Origin: Micromonas sp. | Taxonomy: Eukaryota | Reading direction: 5' to 3' | DNA: 32,000 nt | Assembly (NCBI GenBank): GCA_000090985.2 | Contig: CP001577.1 | Coordinates: 868,925-900,924, forward strand | Part shown: in pieces, positions 8,209 through 17,147 of the stretch | How the letters are laid out: each line of letters begins with the position of its first letter | Numbering within the stretch: position 1 is the first letter of the stretch | Made by a program: the position numbers and the translations under genes | The notes under the pieces: generated by a model | Database searches by the model: none | Told to the model about the DNA's origin: nothing | The model's input: the letters and a program-made list of their open reading frames with translations, nothing else

Positions 8209-9879
8209 TCATCGCGCGCGCGATTTCTCGGTGACCACGCCGGGCTCGCCCCCCTCGCCCCCGTGTCCCCCCTCCATCACCGCGATCGCGTCCCCGAGCG
8301 CCCACGCCGCCTCCACCGCCTCGCCCCGGTACGCAATCTTATCCACCAAAGTCACCGTCTCATCCTCGCCGACGCCGAACCCGCGCGTCAGCAGCGCGTA
8401 CACGTACGCCACGTCCGCGCAGAGCCACGGCAGGTGCTCCTCATCGACCTCCGGGTACTTGGCGCCCAATTGGTCCACGCGCGTCGCGCACGCGTCCGTC
8501 CCCGCCGCGGCGAGCCGCCGCGGCGTCGTCGTCGTCGGCGTTTTCTCGTCCGACGGAACGGCCGCGGCGCCGCACTGCACCGCGCGCTCGGCGACGTACG
8601 ACATGGCGTAAAACTCGGTGACCCCGGCTGCTCGCGGCGCCGCCCACGCGCCGCCGAAGGAGCACGGCGCGTGTTCGCATCCCTCATCCGCGTCGATCGC
8701 GTCCAACGCCGCTTCGACGCATCCTTTAAACGATCCGCCATTTGTCTCCGGAGTCACCGAGTACGACGCGGTCTTATCGTCCAGGCCGTAGCAGTCGCGG
8801 TCGCACGAGTGGCCGGCGTGACCGGCGTGGACGCACGCGTGCGTCCGCGACGACGGCGGGCCGCCGCGGGTACCTTTCCCGGATGACGCGACGGGCCCCC
8901 CGACGGCTCCTTCGCCGCCCGCGCGCCCCCCGCCGACACCCGCGAGGATCCTGTGCCGCGCCGCCACGAGCCCGTACCCGTTGAAGGAGTGCACGTACGC
9001 CGACAGCGCGCCCGCCGGACCGCGCGTGCCCGGAACCGTCCTGACGTACCCGGCGGGCGCGGTCGACGCGACGTCCGCGTCCACCGCGTACGACAGTTGC
9101 GCGCTGCCGCCGCCGAGGTCCGCGAGCGCCACCGTGGTTTTTTTTTCCGAGCCGGCTCCACCGCCGCCGCCGCCGCCGATGCGTCCCAGCAGGTAGTTGA
9201 CCGCGACCCAGCCGTACAGTCCCTCGTCGCCGCCGCTGAGGATGGAGACGTCGCGCGATGGATTGACGTCGAAGCCGGTTCGTACGAGCTTCGACCGCAC
9301 CGCGTCCATGATGGCATCCGCCGCCGCGGGTCCCTCCGGCAGGAGCCGCAACCCCGCGGTGGCTCTCAGCGTCAGCGGCGTGCGTTTCCTCGCCCGCGCC
9401 GGCACCGATCGCATCGCCGTCGCGACGAGCGGGTCGAGCAGCGCCGCGGCGGCGCGCGGGTCCTTGGCGCGCTCCTTGAGCCCCGGTTTGGCGGCGTGGA
9501 ATACCTCCTGTTTGAGCCTCGGGCCGTCGCCGGTGGTGTCAAACTCGAAGACGTGGACGCGGTTGCCCGTGCTCCCGGCGTCGAACACCACCACGTGTCG
9601 CGGCTCGCCGTTGCCGCCGCCGCGCGCGAACATCCCGAAGCACACGAGCACGGTCACCACCAACGCCGCCGCGAGGAGCGCCACCGACCTCGATCCCTTG
9701 CCGTCGATGTGGTTAGAAAAATGATGGCCCCACGACGAGAGGAGGAGGTCGCGCAGCCTTCCCACGCCGCCGCCGCCGCCGCGCGAGGACGGCACGGCGC
9801 CTATGCGATCAAACGAGCCCATGCGCTTGGGGTCGATGGATATCGTCGGCTTGCGCCGAGGGATGAACCCGTTGGACAT
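8209..9879 (-). CDS. GDA1/CD39-family apyrase (NTPDase), type II membrane protein
   Basis: The apyrase conserved regions are present: VVFDAGSTGNRVHVF (ACR1), LRATAGLRLL (ACR2), SGGDEGLYGWVAVNYLLG (ACR3), ADLGGGSAQL (ACR4). There is an N-terminal signal anchor (VALLAAALVVTVLVCFGMF). The track start at 9924 is GTG; the first ATG is at 9879 (MSNGFIPRRK...). Confidence 0.85.
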   Translation of the reverse strand: MSNGFIPRRKPTISIDPKRMGSFDRIGAVPSSRGGGGGVGRLRDLLLSSWGHHFSNHIDGKGSRSVALLAAALVVTVLVCFGMFARGGGNGEPRHVVVFDAGSTGNRVHVFEFDTTGDGPRLKQEVFHAAKPGLKERAKDPRAAAALLDPLVATAMRSVPARARKRTPLTLRATAGLRLLPEGPAAADAIMDAVRSKLVRTGFDVNPSRDVSILSGGDEGLYGWVAVNYLLGRIGGGGGGGAGSEKKTTVALADLGGGSAQLSYAVDADVASTAPAGYVRTVPGTRGPAGALSAYVHSFNGYGLVAARHRILAGVGGGRAGGEGAVGGPVASSGKGTRGGPPSSRTHACVHAGHAGHSCDRDCYGLDDKTASYSVTPETNGGSFKGCVEAALDAIDADEGCEHAPCSFGGAWAAPRAAGVTEFYAMSYVAERAVQCGAAAVPSDEKTPTTTTPRRLAAAGTDACATRVDQLGAKYPEVDEEHLPWLCADVAYVYALLTRGFGVGEDETVTLVDKIAYRGEAVEAAWALGDAIAVMEGGHGGEGGEPGVVTEKSRAR

Positions 9880-10010
9880 CGCGACCGTCCCGGCGATCTG
9901 ATGACGCTCGCCGACCCTCCTCACTAATGTTACTGGTCCGTGCCCGCGGGATTCGCAAACGAGAAGAGAGGCTCACGTCAACTGTCCGACAGGCGAGGCT
10001 TTCACACAAC

Positions 10011-10655
10011 ATGGAGCGCGTCGCATCCGTCGCATCCGTCGCGGGGACGCGCGCTGGAACGCGAAATCGCGCGAGCGGCGGCGCCCGCGGGAAGACGCGC
10101 GCGATCGCGACGCCCGGCCCGTTCGGAGGGACCCACGCGCGTCGCCGTCGTCGTCCCGAGTCGATCGGGCACCGTCGGGCTCCGTCGAGGTCGGCACCTT
10201 CATCCGTCGCGTGCGCTGGAACCGGCGCGGGCGCGCGCGACGGGGACGACGCGCCGGTTCCCGAGCTCGCGCGCCTCGCCAAACTCCTCCGCGTCAACGC
10301 CGGCGTCGAGCTCGCGGGCGCCGTCGCGGTCGCCGCCAACCCCGCGTCGGTCTTTCCCGGCATCGCCGGCTCGGGGGTCGAGTGCTCGCGGTGGTACGCG
10401 CTCGCGCTCGGAAGCGTCGCGATCGCGTCCTTCCTGGCGTCCAAGCTGGACGTCACGAACGCGCGCGCCGCGACGGCGACGGCGACGCCCGTCGTGGGGG
10501 GGATGCTCGCGTACCACGTGGGGATATCCGCGTTCCAGGTGAACGCGTTCGCCGCGGGAGCGTGGACGACGGCGACGGCGGGGGCGCTGCTCGTGCACGG
10601 GTGCTTAGCGGCGGCGTTCGCGCTCGCCGCGGCGTTCTGCTCGAAGGAGCGGTGA
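10011..10655 (+). CDS. Hypothetical small membrane protein with organelle-type presequence
   Basis: The first ATG of the track ORF is at 10011 (MERVASVASVAGTRAGTRNR...). The C-terminal half has high GC3 and about 3 hydrophobic segments (WYALALGSVAIASFLA, VVGGMLAYHVGISAF, AGALLVHGCLAAAFALAAAF). I recognise no family. Confidence 0.5.
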   Translation: MERVASVASVAGTRAGTRNRASGGARGKTRAIATPGPFGGTHARRRRRPESIGHRRAPSRSAPSSVACAGTGAGARDGDDAPVPELARLAKLLRVNAGVELAGAVAVAANPASVFPGIAGSGVECSRWYALALGSVAIASFLASKLDVTNARAATATATPVVGGMLAYHVGISAFQVNAFAAGAWTTATAGALLVHGCLAAAFALAAAFCSKER

Positions 10656-10671
10656 CGAGCGGCGGCGTGTG

Positions 10672-10700
10672 CTTAGGTTTTAGGGTTTAGGGTTTAGGGT
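10672..10700. repeat. Interstitial plant-type telomere repeat, about 3.5 copies of TTTAGGG
   Basis: The sequence TTAGGTTTTAGGGTTTAGGGTTTAGGGTT begins 17 nt after the stop codon at 10655, in the convergent spacer. Confidence 0.9.
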
Positions 10701-10828
10701 TCGCCGCGACGCGCCGCGAGTGTAAGACCGAGTCGCCCCCTCGTCGGCTATAAGAGTTTTACGTAAAAGTTGAACGCCCAACGTTAACTAAGGGTTTCAC
10801 GTAGAACGAACGAACCCAATTTGCGTGT

Positions 10829-12586
10829 TCAGATTTGCTCGTACCCGTCGTCGTCGTCCACGGTCGCCGGGTCCAGCTCGCGCGTCAACGCCGGAGACGC
10901 GAAGAACAGCGCCGCGCTCACCGCCGCCGCCGTCGACGCGGCGATGAAAAAAAACGTCGGCGCCGGCGTAAACGCGTACAAGCTGCCGAGCTCGCCGCTG
11001 AGGTAGTTGCCGGCGAAGGAGGACAAGAACCACGCACCCACCGAAACACTCGCGAGCTCGACGGGCGCCGCCGTCGTGATGAAGCTCAACCCCACCGGCG
11101 ACAGGTACAGCTCCCCCGTCGTCAGCACCACGAGGTGGACGAAGAGCCAGACGAAGGACATCTGGTTCTTCGTCGCGCTCGAACCCGCGGTGCCCGCGCC
11201 GCTCGCGGCGGCGGCGACCGCCAAGACGACGTACGACGCCGCGCACAAACCCGCGCCGATGGCCATCTTGGTGATCTGCGACGGCTCGTTCCCGTTCCGC
11301 CGCTGCCGCTCCCACGTCCTCGTCACCGCGGGCGTCAGCGCCAAAATCAGCACGGGGTTGATCGACTGGACAAACTCCGTGGGAGCGCCGGCGAGGTCGA
11401 CCCACTGGTCAGCGAAGAGCGCGGTGGTGTTGCCCTGCTGCTCGTACGCGCACCAGAACCCCGCGCTCAGCGCGCACACCGCGAGCATGGCGCCGAGCCT
11501 GCGCCGGTGCCTCCAAACGACGCGAGCGAGGTCCGATTGCCTCCGAACTCGAACTCCTTGAACCGGATCCGCGGCGGGGATCGAACTCCCGACCGCGGAA
11601 CCCACCCCGCGAGACCCGACCGCTCTCCCATCCGCTCCCTCCAACGCGTCGAACTCGTGCACCGCCCCGCCAGCCGACGCGTCGTGACCACGCCAGCCGC
11701 CGCCGCCGCTTTTCCTCGCCGCCGCACGTTCTTCCCCAGCGTCGATCAAATACCCAAAAAACGCATACGTCGCCAGGCACGCCGCCATCCCCACCGCCGC
11801 GCTCACGAACCCAGCCTCGTACCCGTCCGCCGCGTGCAACATCCCCGCCGCCAACGGCGCCACCGCGGCGCCCAAGTTGATGCCGCAGTAGAAGATGCCG
11901 AACGCCACGTCCCTGCGACTGTCGCCTCTATCGTACAAACGTCCCACTCGCGTGGACACGTTGGGCTTGAAGCACCCGTTGCCGAGGACGATGAGCGCGG
12001 CGCCTATCAGGAACGCTCGTCTGTGCGCGAGCAGCGCGTGCCCGACTCCCATCGTCGCCGCGCCGAGGACGATGAGCGGATGCGCGCCGAAGTGTCGATC
12101 GGCGAGGTAGCCCCCCAAGAGCGGGGTGAGGTACACGAGCGCGGTGTAGAGGCCGTAGAGCCTGGACGCCAGCGCGAGCACCTGTCTGTCCCGCGTCTCG
12201 TCCGGGGCGTCGTCGTCCGGGGCGCCGTACGCTGACGCCAGGGCGCGCATGCCCCAGACGTCGCTCCACGCCCCCCTGGCGAGCAGCACGTCTCGCATGT
12301 ACAGCACCAGCAACGCCCGCATCGCGTAGTACGAGTATCGCTCCCACGTCTCCGTGGCGCACAGGACGAAGAGCCCGTTGGGGTGGCCGAACATCTGCCG
12401 GTCGCCGCCGCGGTCGCCGTCGCCGTCGCCCGCCTCGCGCGCGGCGGTGGACCCGTCCAACCCTCCGAGGCGCGACGACGATCCGTCGACGTCCTCGTCG
12501 CTGCTGAAATGTAACAGGACGCGCCCCTCAAAATCTCCGGAAACGTCGCGCCCGTCGCCCGCCTCGCGGCGCGTCGGGGCGGGCAT
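10829..12586 (-). CDS. Proton-dependent oligopeptide transporter (POT/PTR2 family, bacterial DtpT-like)
   Basis: FGHPNGLFVLCATETWERYSYYAMRALLVLYM, YLTPLLGGYLADRHFG and GNGCFKPNVSTRVGRLY are the classic POT signature motifs. The protein has multiple TM segments and a long central loop. The track start at 12718 is GTG; the first ATG is at 12586. Confidence 0.85.
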   Translation of the reverse strand: MPAPTRREAGDGRDVSGDFEGRVLLHFSSDEDVDGSSSRLGGLDGSTAAREAGDGDGDRGGDRQMFGHPNGLFVLCATETWERYSYYAMRALLVLYMRDVLLARGAWSDVWGMRALASAYGAPDDDAPDETRDRQVLALASRLYGLYTALVYLTPLLGGYLADRHFGAHPLIVLGAATMGVGHALLAHRRAFLIGAALIVLGNGCFKPNVSTRVGRLYDRGDSRRDVAFGIFYCGINLGAAVAPLAAGMLHAADGYEAGFVSAAVGMAACLATYAFFGYLIDAGEERAAARKSGGGGWRGHDASAGGAVHEFDALEGADGRAVGSRGVGSAVGSSIPAADPVQGVRVRRQSDLARVVWRHRRRLGAMLAVCALSAGFWCAYEQQGNTTALFADQWVDLAGAPTEFVQSINPVLILALTPAVTRTWERQRRNGNEPSQITKMAIGAGLCAASYVVLAVAAAASGAGTAGSSATKNQMSFVWLFVHLVVLTTGELYLSPVGLSFITTAAPVELASVSVGAWFLSSFAGNYLSGELGSLYAFTPAPTFFFIAASTAAAVSAALFFASPALTRELDPATVDDDDGYEQI

Positions 12587-12793
12587 GGAGCCGTACGTCG
12601 CGCCGCCGCGCGACGCCGGGGGTTTTGGCGCCAGGGCGGCGGCGTTCGCGGGCGTCGCCGGAGACGCGCGCGCGGCGAGGTGTGGCTGGAGGACAGTCTG
12701 CAAAAAATAGTGCGTCACCGCGAGTCGAGGCCGGGCGGCGTGAAAACGTCAACGGAGGTTTCGTCTGTAATCAGTTGCGAATGCCGCTGCTAT

Positions 12794-14557
12794 CTACCCG
12801 CGTCCACCCTTCCCGCCCTTCCCGCCCTCCCCGGGACGCGACAACGACCAGCACGCCCCCGTCGCGGCCCCGCACCGCCGATGGAGGTGCTCCGTCGGCG
12901 CCCTGAGCGCCCCGCCCGACTCGCCCCTTACTTCGCCCCATCCCCCGATCCCTCCGAGCGTCCTCCCGAGCACCTTCACGCCGTCGTCGCATCGAGCCTG
13001 CCTCGGCCGCTCCCGCGACTTATGGTACCCCCTCGGGCCCTTCATCAGCACGTCGCACACGCCGTACTTGACGTCCGTCGACGTCGTGCGAAGCAGCGTC
13101 CGAAACTCACGCGGCCACGTCGACGGATCACGATACCGCCACGCGTGCGCCTTGGCCCACTCGCGTTCATCCGTCGCTATCGCATGGAGCTTTCGCGCCA
13201 AAGACTCGACGCTGTCGTACTCTCTCAAATCGACGATGGCGTCGCGGTCCGGGAGCAGCTCGTACACGTCGTCCGTGCCAAAGTACAGCGGAACGGATCC
13301 CCGGCTCAGCGCCATCCAAACTTTCTCCGTCGCGTACCCGGCGCACGCCCCCGCGTTTTCCACGGCGTAGTAGAACATGTAATCCGACATGGCGCGCTGG
13401 AAGGACGCGTGCGACGCCGGGTCCACGGCGCCGCGTCGCGGCAAACCCCCCGCGGGCGGCGGCGCGTTGCGCAGGCACTCGCCCATCGAGAACACGGGAA
13501 ACGCGTCCGCGATGGATCGAAGGATGCTAACGCGCGGTTGGGCCACGCAGTCCGAAGCCAGCCACGCGACGGCCGGCACCCTCGCCTCCCGACGCTTACG
13601 AAACCATTCAAAATCGTCCGTCAACGACCGGAGGCTCGGTCCGAACGGCCACCACATCGCGCTCCGTCTTTTATCCACGTAGGACAGGTAGTCGAACTGC
13701 GACGTGAACGATTTATCCCTCAGTTCGGCTCCGAAACCCCCCGCGGCTTCGTGCGCGAAATACAAGTACACCTGCGAGGGGTGCGCCTTTTCCGGTAGCT
13801 CGATGCGTCCGCCCCGCGCCGCGTTCCTGTGCGCGCCGCCCCATATGAAGTCGTGCTCGTTGAATATGACGACGTCGGCGTTCGCGTGGCAGTTGTTCTG
13901 CTCGACGGTGTCGAAGCAGACGCCGGGGTGGAAGAGGTTTTCAATGCCCTTGGCGAAGGCGACGTCCCAGGACCCGGCGCCGTTGTCCAGGCACACCTTG
14001 AACTGGTTCTTCTTCTTATTCTTGTTCGTATTATCGTGGCGGCGTCCGTGCGCGGGGCGTCGGTCGTCGTTCGTCGAAGGGACCCCGGCGCGTCGGGGCG
14101 GCAGGCCCGGGAGGTCGAAGTCCCTGCGCTCGTCGTCCGCGGAAGCCGCGCCCAACGAGGGCACCTCTCCCCTCGGTTTGTGCCACCAGTCGTCCGAGTT
14201 GACGTCGAAGCCGGGGTATATCGTCGGCAGGTACCGATGGTACACCGGGTCCGCGCGCATCGCCGCGGCCAGGCGGTCCTCCTCCGGGCGCCACGCGTCG
14301 CGTCGTTCGCGCCAACCACCCCGACGCGAGCGCCCGGCGCCGAGCGACGACGATTGGTCCGAGACTCCCGCGGCCCGACGCGATGCGGCCCGTCCGGTCA
14401 GCGCCAGCGCCGAGACCGCGACGGTCGCCACCGCGGTCCACACGCCGCGGCCGGACCGCGAGTGATTGTTCGACTCGCGCATCGCGTCGCGACTCGCCTG
14501 TCTGCCCGCCGCGCGTCGCCTCGCAGGCCGCGGCACGGAGTGGACGAGATGATGCAT
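12794..14557 (-). CDS. Glycosyltransferase family 10 (alpha-1,3/4-fucosyltransferase-like), type II membrane protein
   Basis: YMFYYAVENAGACAGYATEKVWMALSRGSVPLYFG matches the GT10 motif (FENS..DYVTEKFW..L..G.VPVY.G). There is an N-terminal signal anchor (VWTAVATVAVSALALTG). The first ATG is at 14557; the track start is GTG at 14671. The last ~60 codons (G-rich, GGKGGKGGRG) look less protein-like, so the 3' end is uncertain. Confidence 0.7.
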   Translation of the reverse strand: MHHLVHSVPRPARRRAAGRQASRDAMRESNNHSRSGRGVWTAVATVAVSALALTGRAASRRAAGVSDQSSSLGAGRSRRGGWRERRDAWRPEEDRLAAAMRADPVYHRYLPTIYPGFDVNSDDWWHKPRGEVPSLGAASADDERRDFDLPGLPPRRAGVPSTNDDRRPAHGRRHDNTNKNKKKNQFKVCLDNGAGSWDVAFAKGIENLFHPGVCFDTVEQNNCHANADVVIFNEHDFIWGGAHRNAARGGRIELPEKAHPSQVYLYFAHEAAGGFGAELRDKSFTSQFDYLSYVDKRRSAMWWPFGPSLRSLTDDFEWFRKRREARVPAVAWLASDCVAQPRVSILRSIADAFPVFSMGECLRNAPPPAGGLPRRGAVDPASHASFQRAMSDYMFYYAVENAGACAGYATEKVWMALSRGSVPLYFGTDDVYELLPDRDAIVDLREYDSVESLARKLHAIATDEREWAKAHAWRYRDPSTWPREFRTLLRTTSTDVKYGVCDVLMKGPRGYHKSRERPRQARCDDGVKVLGRTLGGIGGWGEVRGESGGALRAPTEHLHRRCGAATGACWSLSRPGEGGKGGKGGRG

Positions 14558-14822
14558 CCCGTCGGGAAAAGAAACACCCGCCGCGCGGAGCTGGACCGGC
14601 TGTGAAACGCACCTCTCCAAAAGGTGAAATACGGGAATAAGCCGAGGGGCGAAATCGTAGTACGGAAACACGGTTGCACTCCGCGTCGGTATATGACGTT
14701 AAGCGAGCCCGCAGAGCGCTTCCTTATATAATCCCAAGAAACACACAAGTCGCATCGTCCCCACCCATTAGTGAAAGCTAATACCCGGAGAGATTTTCTC
14801 CGTATGGATTTACACCCGTAAA

Positions 14823-14894
14823 TCCCCGGTAGTGTAGTGGTTATCACCGTCGGCTTTCACCCGGCTAACCCGGGTTCGAACCCCGGCCGGGGAA
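14823..14894 (+). tRNA. tRNA-Glu (anticodon UUC)
   Basis: The 72-nt cloverleaf is TCCCCGG TA GTGT AGTGGTTA TCAC C GTCGG CTTTCAC CCGGC TAAC CCGGG TTCGAAC CCCGG CCGGGGA A, with UUC in the anticodon loop. A T-run follows. Confidence 0.9.
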
Positions 14895-14904
14895 TTTCTT
14901 TTTT
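14895..14904 (+). terminator. Pol III T-run terminator after tRNA-Glu
   Basis: TTTCTTTTTT lies immediately 3' of the discriminator base. Confidence 0.7.
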
Positions 14905-14941
14905 GCTGTTTTTGAGAATATTACGTATGAGAACCGGTCAG

Positions 14942-14959
14942 AATGGCGCGCGCGCGATT
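14942..14959. promoter_or_regulatory. E2F-like GC palindrome AATGGCGCGCGCGCGATT upstream of the POLA2-like gene
   Basis: It resembles the TTTSGCGCS E2F core and lies about 180 nt upstream of a replication-gene ATG. Inference only. Confidence 0.25.
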
Positions 14960-15134
14960 ACGGTTTGCGTCTGAGTTTTACTCGTCGATTTTCATCGGTG
15001 TCCAGTCCCATCCAGCCCCGCTGCTCTCGGTGCTGGTCAAAACATACTCTCGGTGCTGAAATTCAAACTTGGCAACCCCCTTCCCGCCCCGATTCCCTCG
15101 GACCGAGATTCAAACCACGACAGCGCCTGACACG

Positions 15135-17111
15135 ATGGCCGACGTCGCCGAGGTGAAGGATGCGTTCGAGTCGCAGGGCTACGCCCTCGACTCCAAAGTC
15201 ATCGCCGACGAGGCCTTCGCGCTGTGCCGCCAGTTCAACCTCGACGCCTTCGACCTCGCGCTCCACTGGGACGGCTTCTCGGTGGAGCAGGCGAGCAAGA
15301 AGGACAAGAAGGCGCTCATGCCGGACGCGTCGAACATCGAGGCGTTCAAGCTCCACGTCGAGCGCAAGGTGGCCGAGCGGCGCAAGTCCACGTCCATGCG
15401 AACCCCCAAGTCCCTGGTGTACGGCAGGCCCAACCTGATGGAGTCGCTCGAGAAGAACCCTCGCGCGCTGGAGGAGTCCGGCGCGTTCGCTTCCATCACC
15501 CCCGGCCGCGGCGGCACCACGCCGGGCGCCAAGACCTCCGCCGCCAAGGCTGCCTACGCCGGCACCGCGCCGTCCCAGGTCGTGGCGCTGCCCGAGGTGG
15601 ACGCGCGGGGCGCGCTCGAGGCGCACGCCGCCGCCCCCGGCGCGTCCGCCTACGCCAAGCGCGCCGGATCGCGATCGGTCAAGACGGAGCTCGGCGCCGA
15701 TCTCCCGACGCTCGCGCAGGCGCCCGACACGCGACGCCCTCCCGTCGCCGTGCGCGTCATCGACGCCGTCACCGATCTCCCCGCGCTCGCCACCGACGTG
15801 CGGTTCATGCGCGATCGCATCGGCGACAAGGTGGACATGCTCGAGTCGAGAATCGGCGATTTTCGTCGCGAGACGGAACGAGTCACGGGCGCGGATGCGT
15901 CGCGAGCGGTGTACGCCGCGTCGCAGGACGACGTCACCGTCGTCGGCAGAGTCGTCTGCGACAGCGAGGGCAGGCTGAACGAGGCGTCCGTGCAGCTCGA
16001 GGGCGATATGGCCAACTCCGCCGGCATGCGCGTCCGACTGGAACTGAGAGACGTGCCCTCGTTTTCGCTCTTCCCCGGGCAGATCGTTCGCGTCACGGGC
16101 GCGAACCCGTCGGGGCACTGCCTCGTCGCCAAGTCCATCGTCGCACACGCGCCTCCGCCGATGTGCGCTTCCCCCGCGTCGTCCCCGGCGTTCGGCGCGC
16201 AGTCCGTCGTGATCGCGTCCGGACCGTTCACGTGTTCCTCGGACCTGAGTTTCGAACCATTCGCTGATTTGCTCCGGTACTGCGAGGATAAGCGCCCGGA
16301 TTCCGTCGTGCTGTGCGGGCCGTTCGTGGATTGCGACCACCGCGTGGTCCGCGGCGACGCCGGCGTGGACGTGTCGTTCGAGAAGGTGTTCGAGGTTGGC
16401 GTTCGCGACAGGCTGGCGGAATTTGCCTCGAGGTGCGAAGCGGGCGGGTACGCGCCCAACGTCGTCCTCGTCCCGTCCGTCCGCGACGCCGTCGCGGACC
16501 CGGTGTTTCCCCAGCCCCCTCTCGAGATCGATACCCTGGGTCTCGACGCCCTGCTCCCGGACGGACGTTCGGACGGGAAAAAGGGCGCCGGGGTGGACGT
16601 CATCGCGACGCCAAACCCGGGTACGTTTACGATCAACGGCGTCCGCGTGGCGGTGTGCACGCACGACGTCCTCAGGCACCTCTCCGCCGCGGAGGCTGCG
16701 CGCGAGGACAAGTCGTCGGGCGCGGGCCCGTCGAGCGATCGCATGGCGCGGCTCGCGTCGCACCTCCCCGGGCAGCGCAGCGCGTATCCGCTGTTCCCCC
16801 CCGCGCACGGCGCGTGTCTCGACGCTTCGCTCGCGTCGCACCTCGCGATGGAGAAGACCCCGGACGTGCTCGTGCTGCCGTCCGACCTGCAGCCGTTCGC
16901 GAAGGTGTGCGAATGCCCGGGCCTTCGCGGCGACGGGGGCGACGACGACGCGAGGTTCGTGGCGATCAACCCAGGGCGGCTGGCGAAGGGTAACATCGGC
17001 GGCACGCTCGCGCACGTGTACGTGAGCGAGGGCGCGCCGGAGCCGGGCGCGAGCGGGGCGCGGGCGCACGCGGTGCACGCGCGGGCTCGCGTGGACATCG
17101 TACGCATCTGA
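15135..17111 (+). CDS. POLA2: DNA polymerase alpha subunit B (POLA2/p70)
   Basis: The N-terminal domain reads FESQGYALDSKVIADEAFALCRQFNLDAFDLALHWDGF. An OB-like region follows (VVGRVVCDSEGRLNEASVQLEGD...FPGQIVRVTGANPSG). Then comes an inactive phosphoesterase domain (VVIASGPFT..DLSFEPFADLL..., VVLCGPFVD, NVVLVPSVRD, NPGTFTINGVRVAVCTHDVLRHL, RFVAINPGRLAKG). The first ATG is at 15135; the track start is TTG at 15069. Confidence 0.85.
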   Translation: MADVAEVKDAFESQGYALDSKVIADEAFALCRQFNLDAFDLALHWDGFSVEQASKKDKKALMPDASNIEAFKLHVERKVAERRKSTSMRTPKSLVYGRPNLMESLEKNPRALEESGAFASITPGRGGTTPGAKTSAAKAAYAGTAPSQVVALPEVDARGALEAHAAAPGASAYAKRAGSRSVKTELGADLPTLAQAPDTRRPPVAVRVIDAVTDLPALATDVRFMRDRIGDKVDMLESRIGDFRRETERVTGADASRAVYAASQDDVTVVGRVVCDSEGRLNEASVQLEGDMANSAGMRVRLELRDVPSFSLFPGQIVRVTGANPSGHCLVAKSIVAHAPPPMCASPASSPAFGAQSVVIASGPFTCSSDLSFEPFADLLRYCEDKRPDSVVLCGPFVDCDHRVVRGDAGVDVSFEKVFEVGVRDRLAEFASRCEAGGYAPNVVLVPSVRDAVADPVFPQPPLEIDTLGLDALLPDGRSDGKKGAGVDVIATPNPGTFTINGVRVAVCTHDVLRHLSAAEAAREDKSSGAGPSSDRMARLASHLPGQRSAYPLFPPAHGACLDASLASHLAMEKTPDVLVLPSDLQPFAKVCECPGLRGDGGDDDARFVAINPGRLAKGNIGGTLAHVYVSEGAPEPGASGARAHAVHARARVDIVRI

Positions 17112-17132
17112 GGTGGCGCGCGGGTGGAGCGC

Positions 17133-17147
17133 GGGGGGGGGGGGGGG
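17133..17147. repeat. G15 homopolymer in the POLA2 3' flank
   Basis: Read directly from the sequence, 22 nt after the stop codon. Confidence 0.95.

Noticed and set aside
14398-14847. 149-aa minus-strand ORF overlapping the tRNA-Glu gene
   Set aside because: It overlaps the FucT 5' region out of frame and overlaps the tRNA. It has low-complexity composition and low GC3 in its 5' part.
15063-17078. 671-aa minus-strand ORF, plus the similar long antisense ORFs 19394..21412, 25878..27440, 29772..31646, 10835..12235, 12680..13798, 5069..5959 and 8953..9927
   Set aside because: Each is the mirror of a gene with clear family motifs on the other strand (POLA2, FZL, iota-CA-like, HisHF, POT, GT10, CFAP298, apyrase). 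All have R/G/H/V-rich nonsense composition, and some have non-ATG starts.
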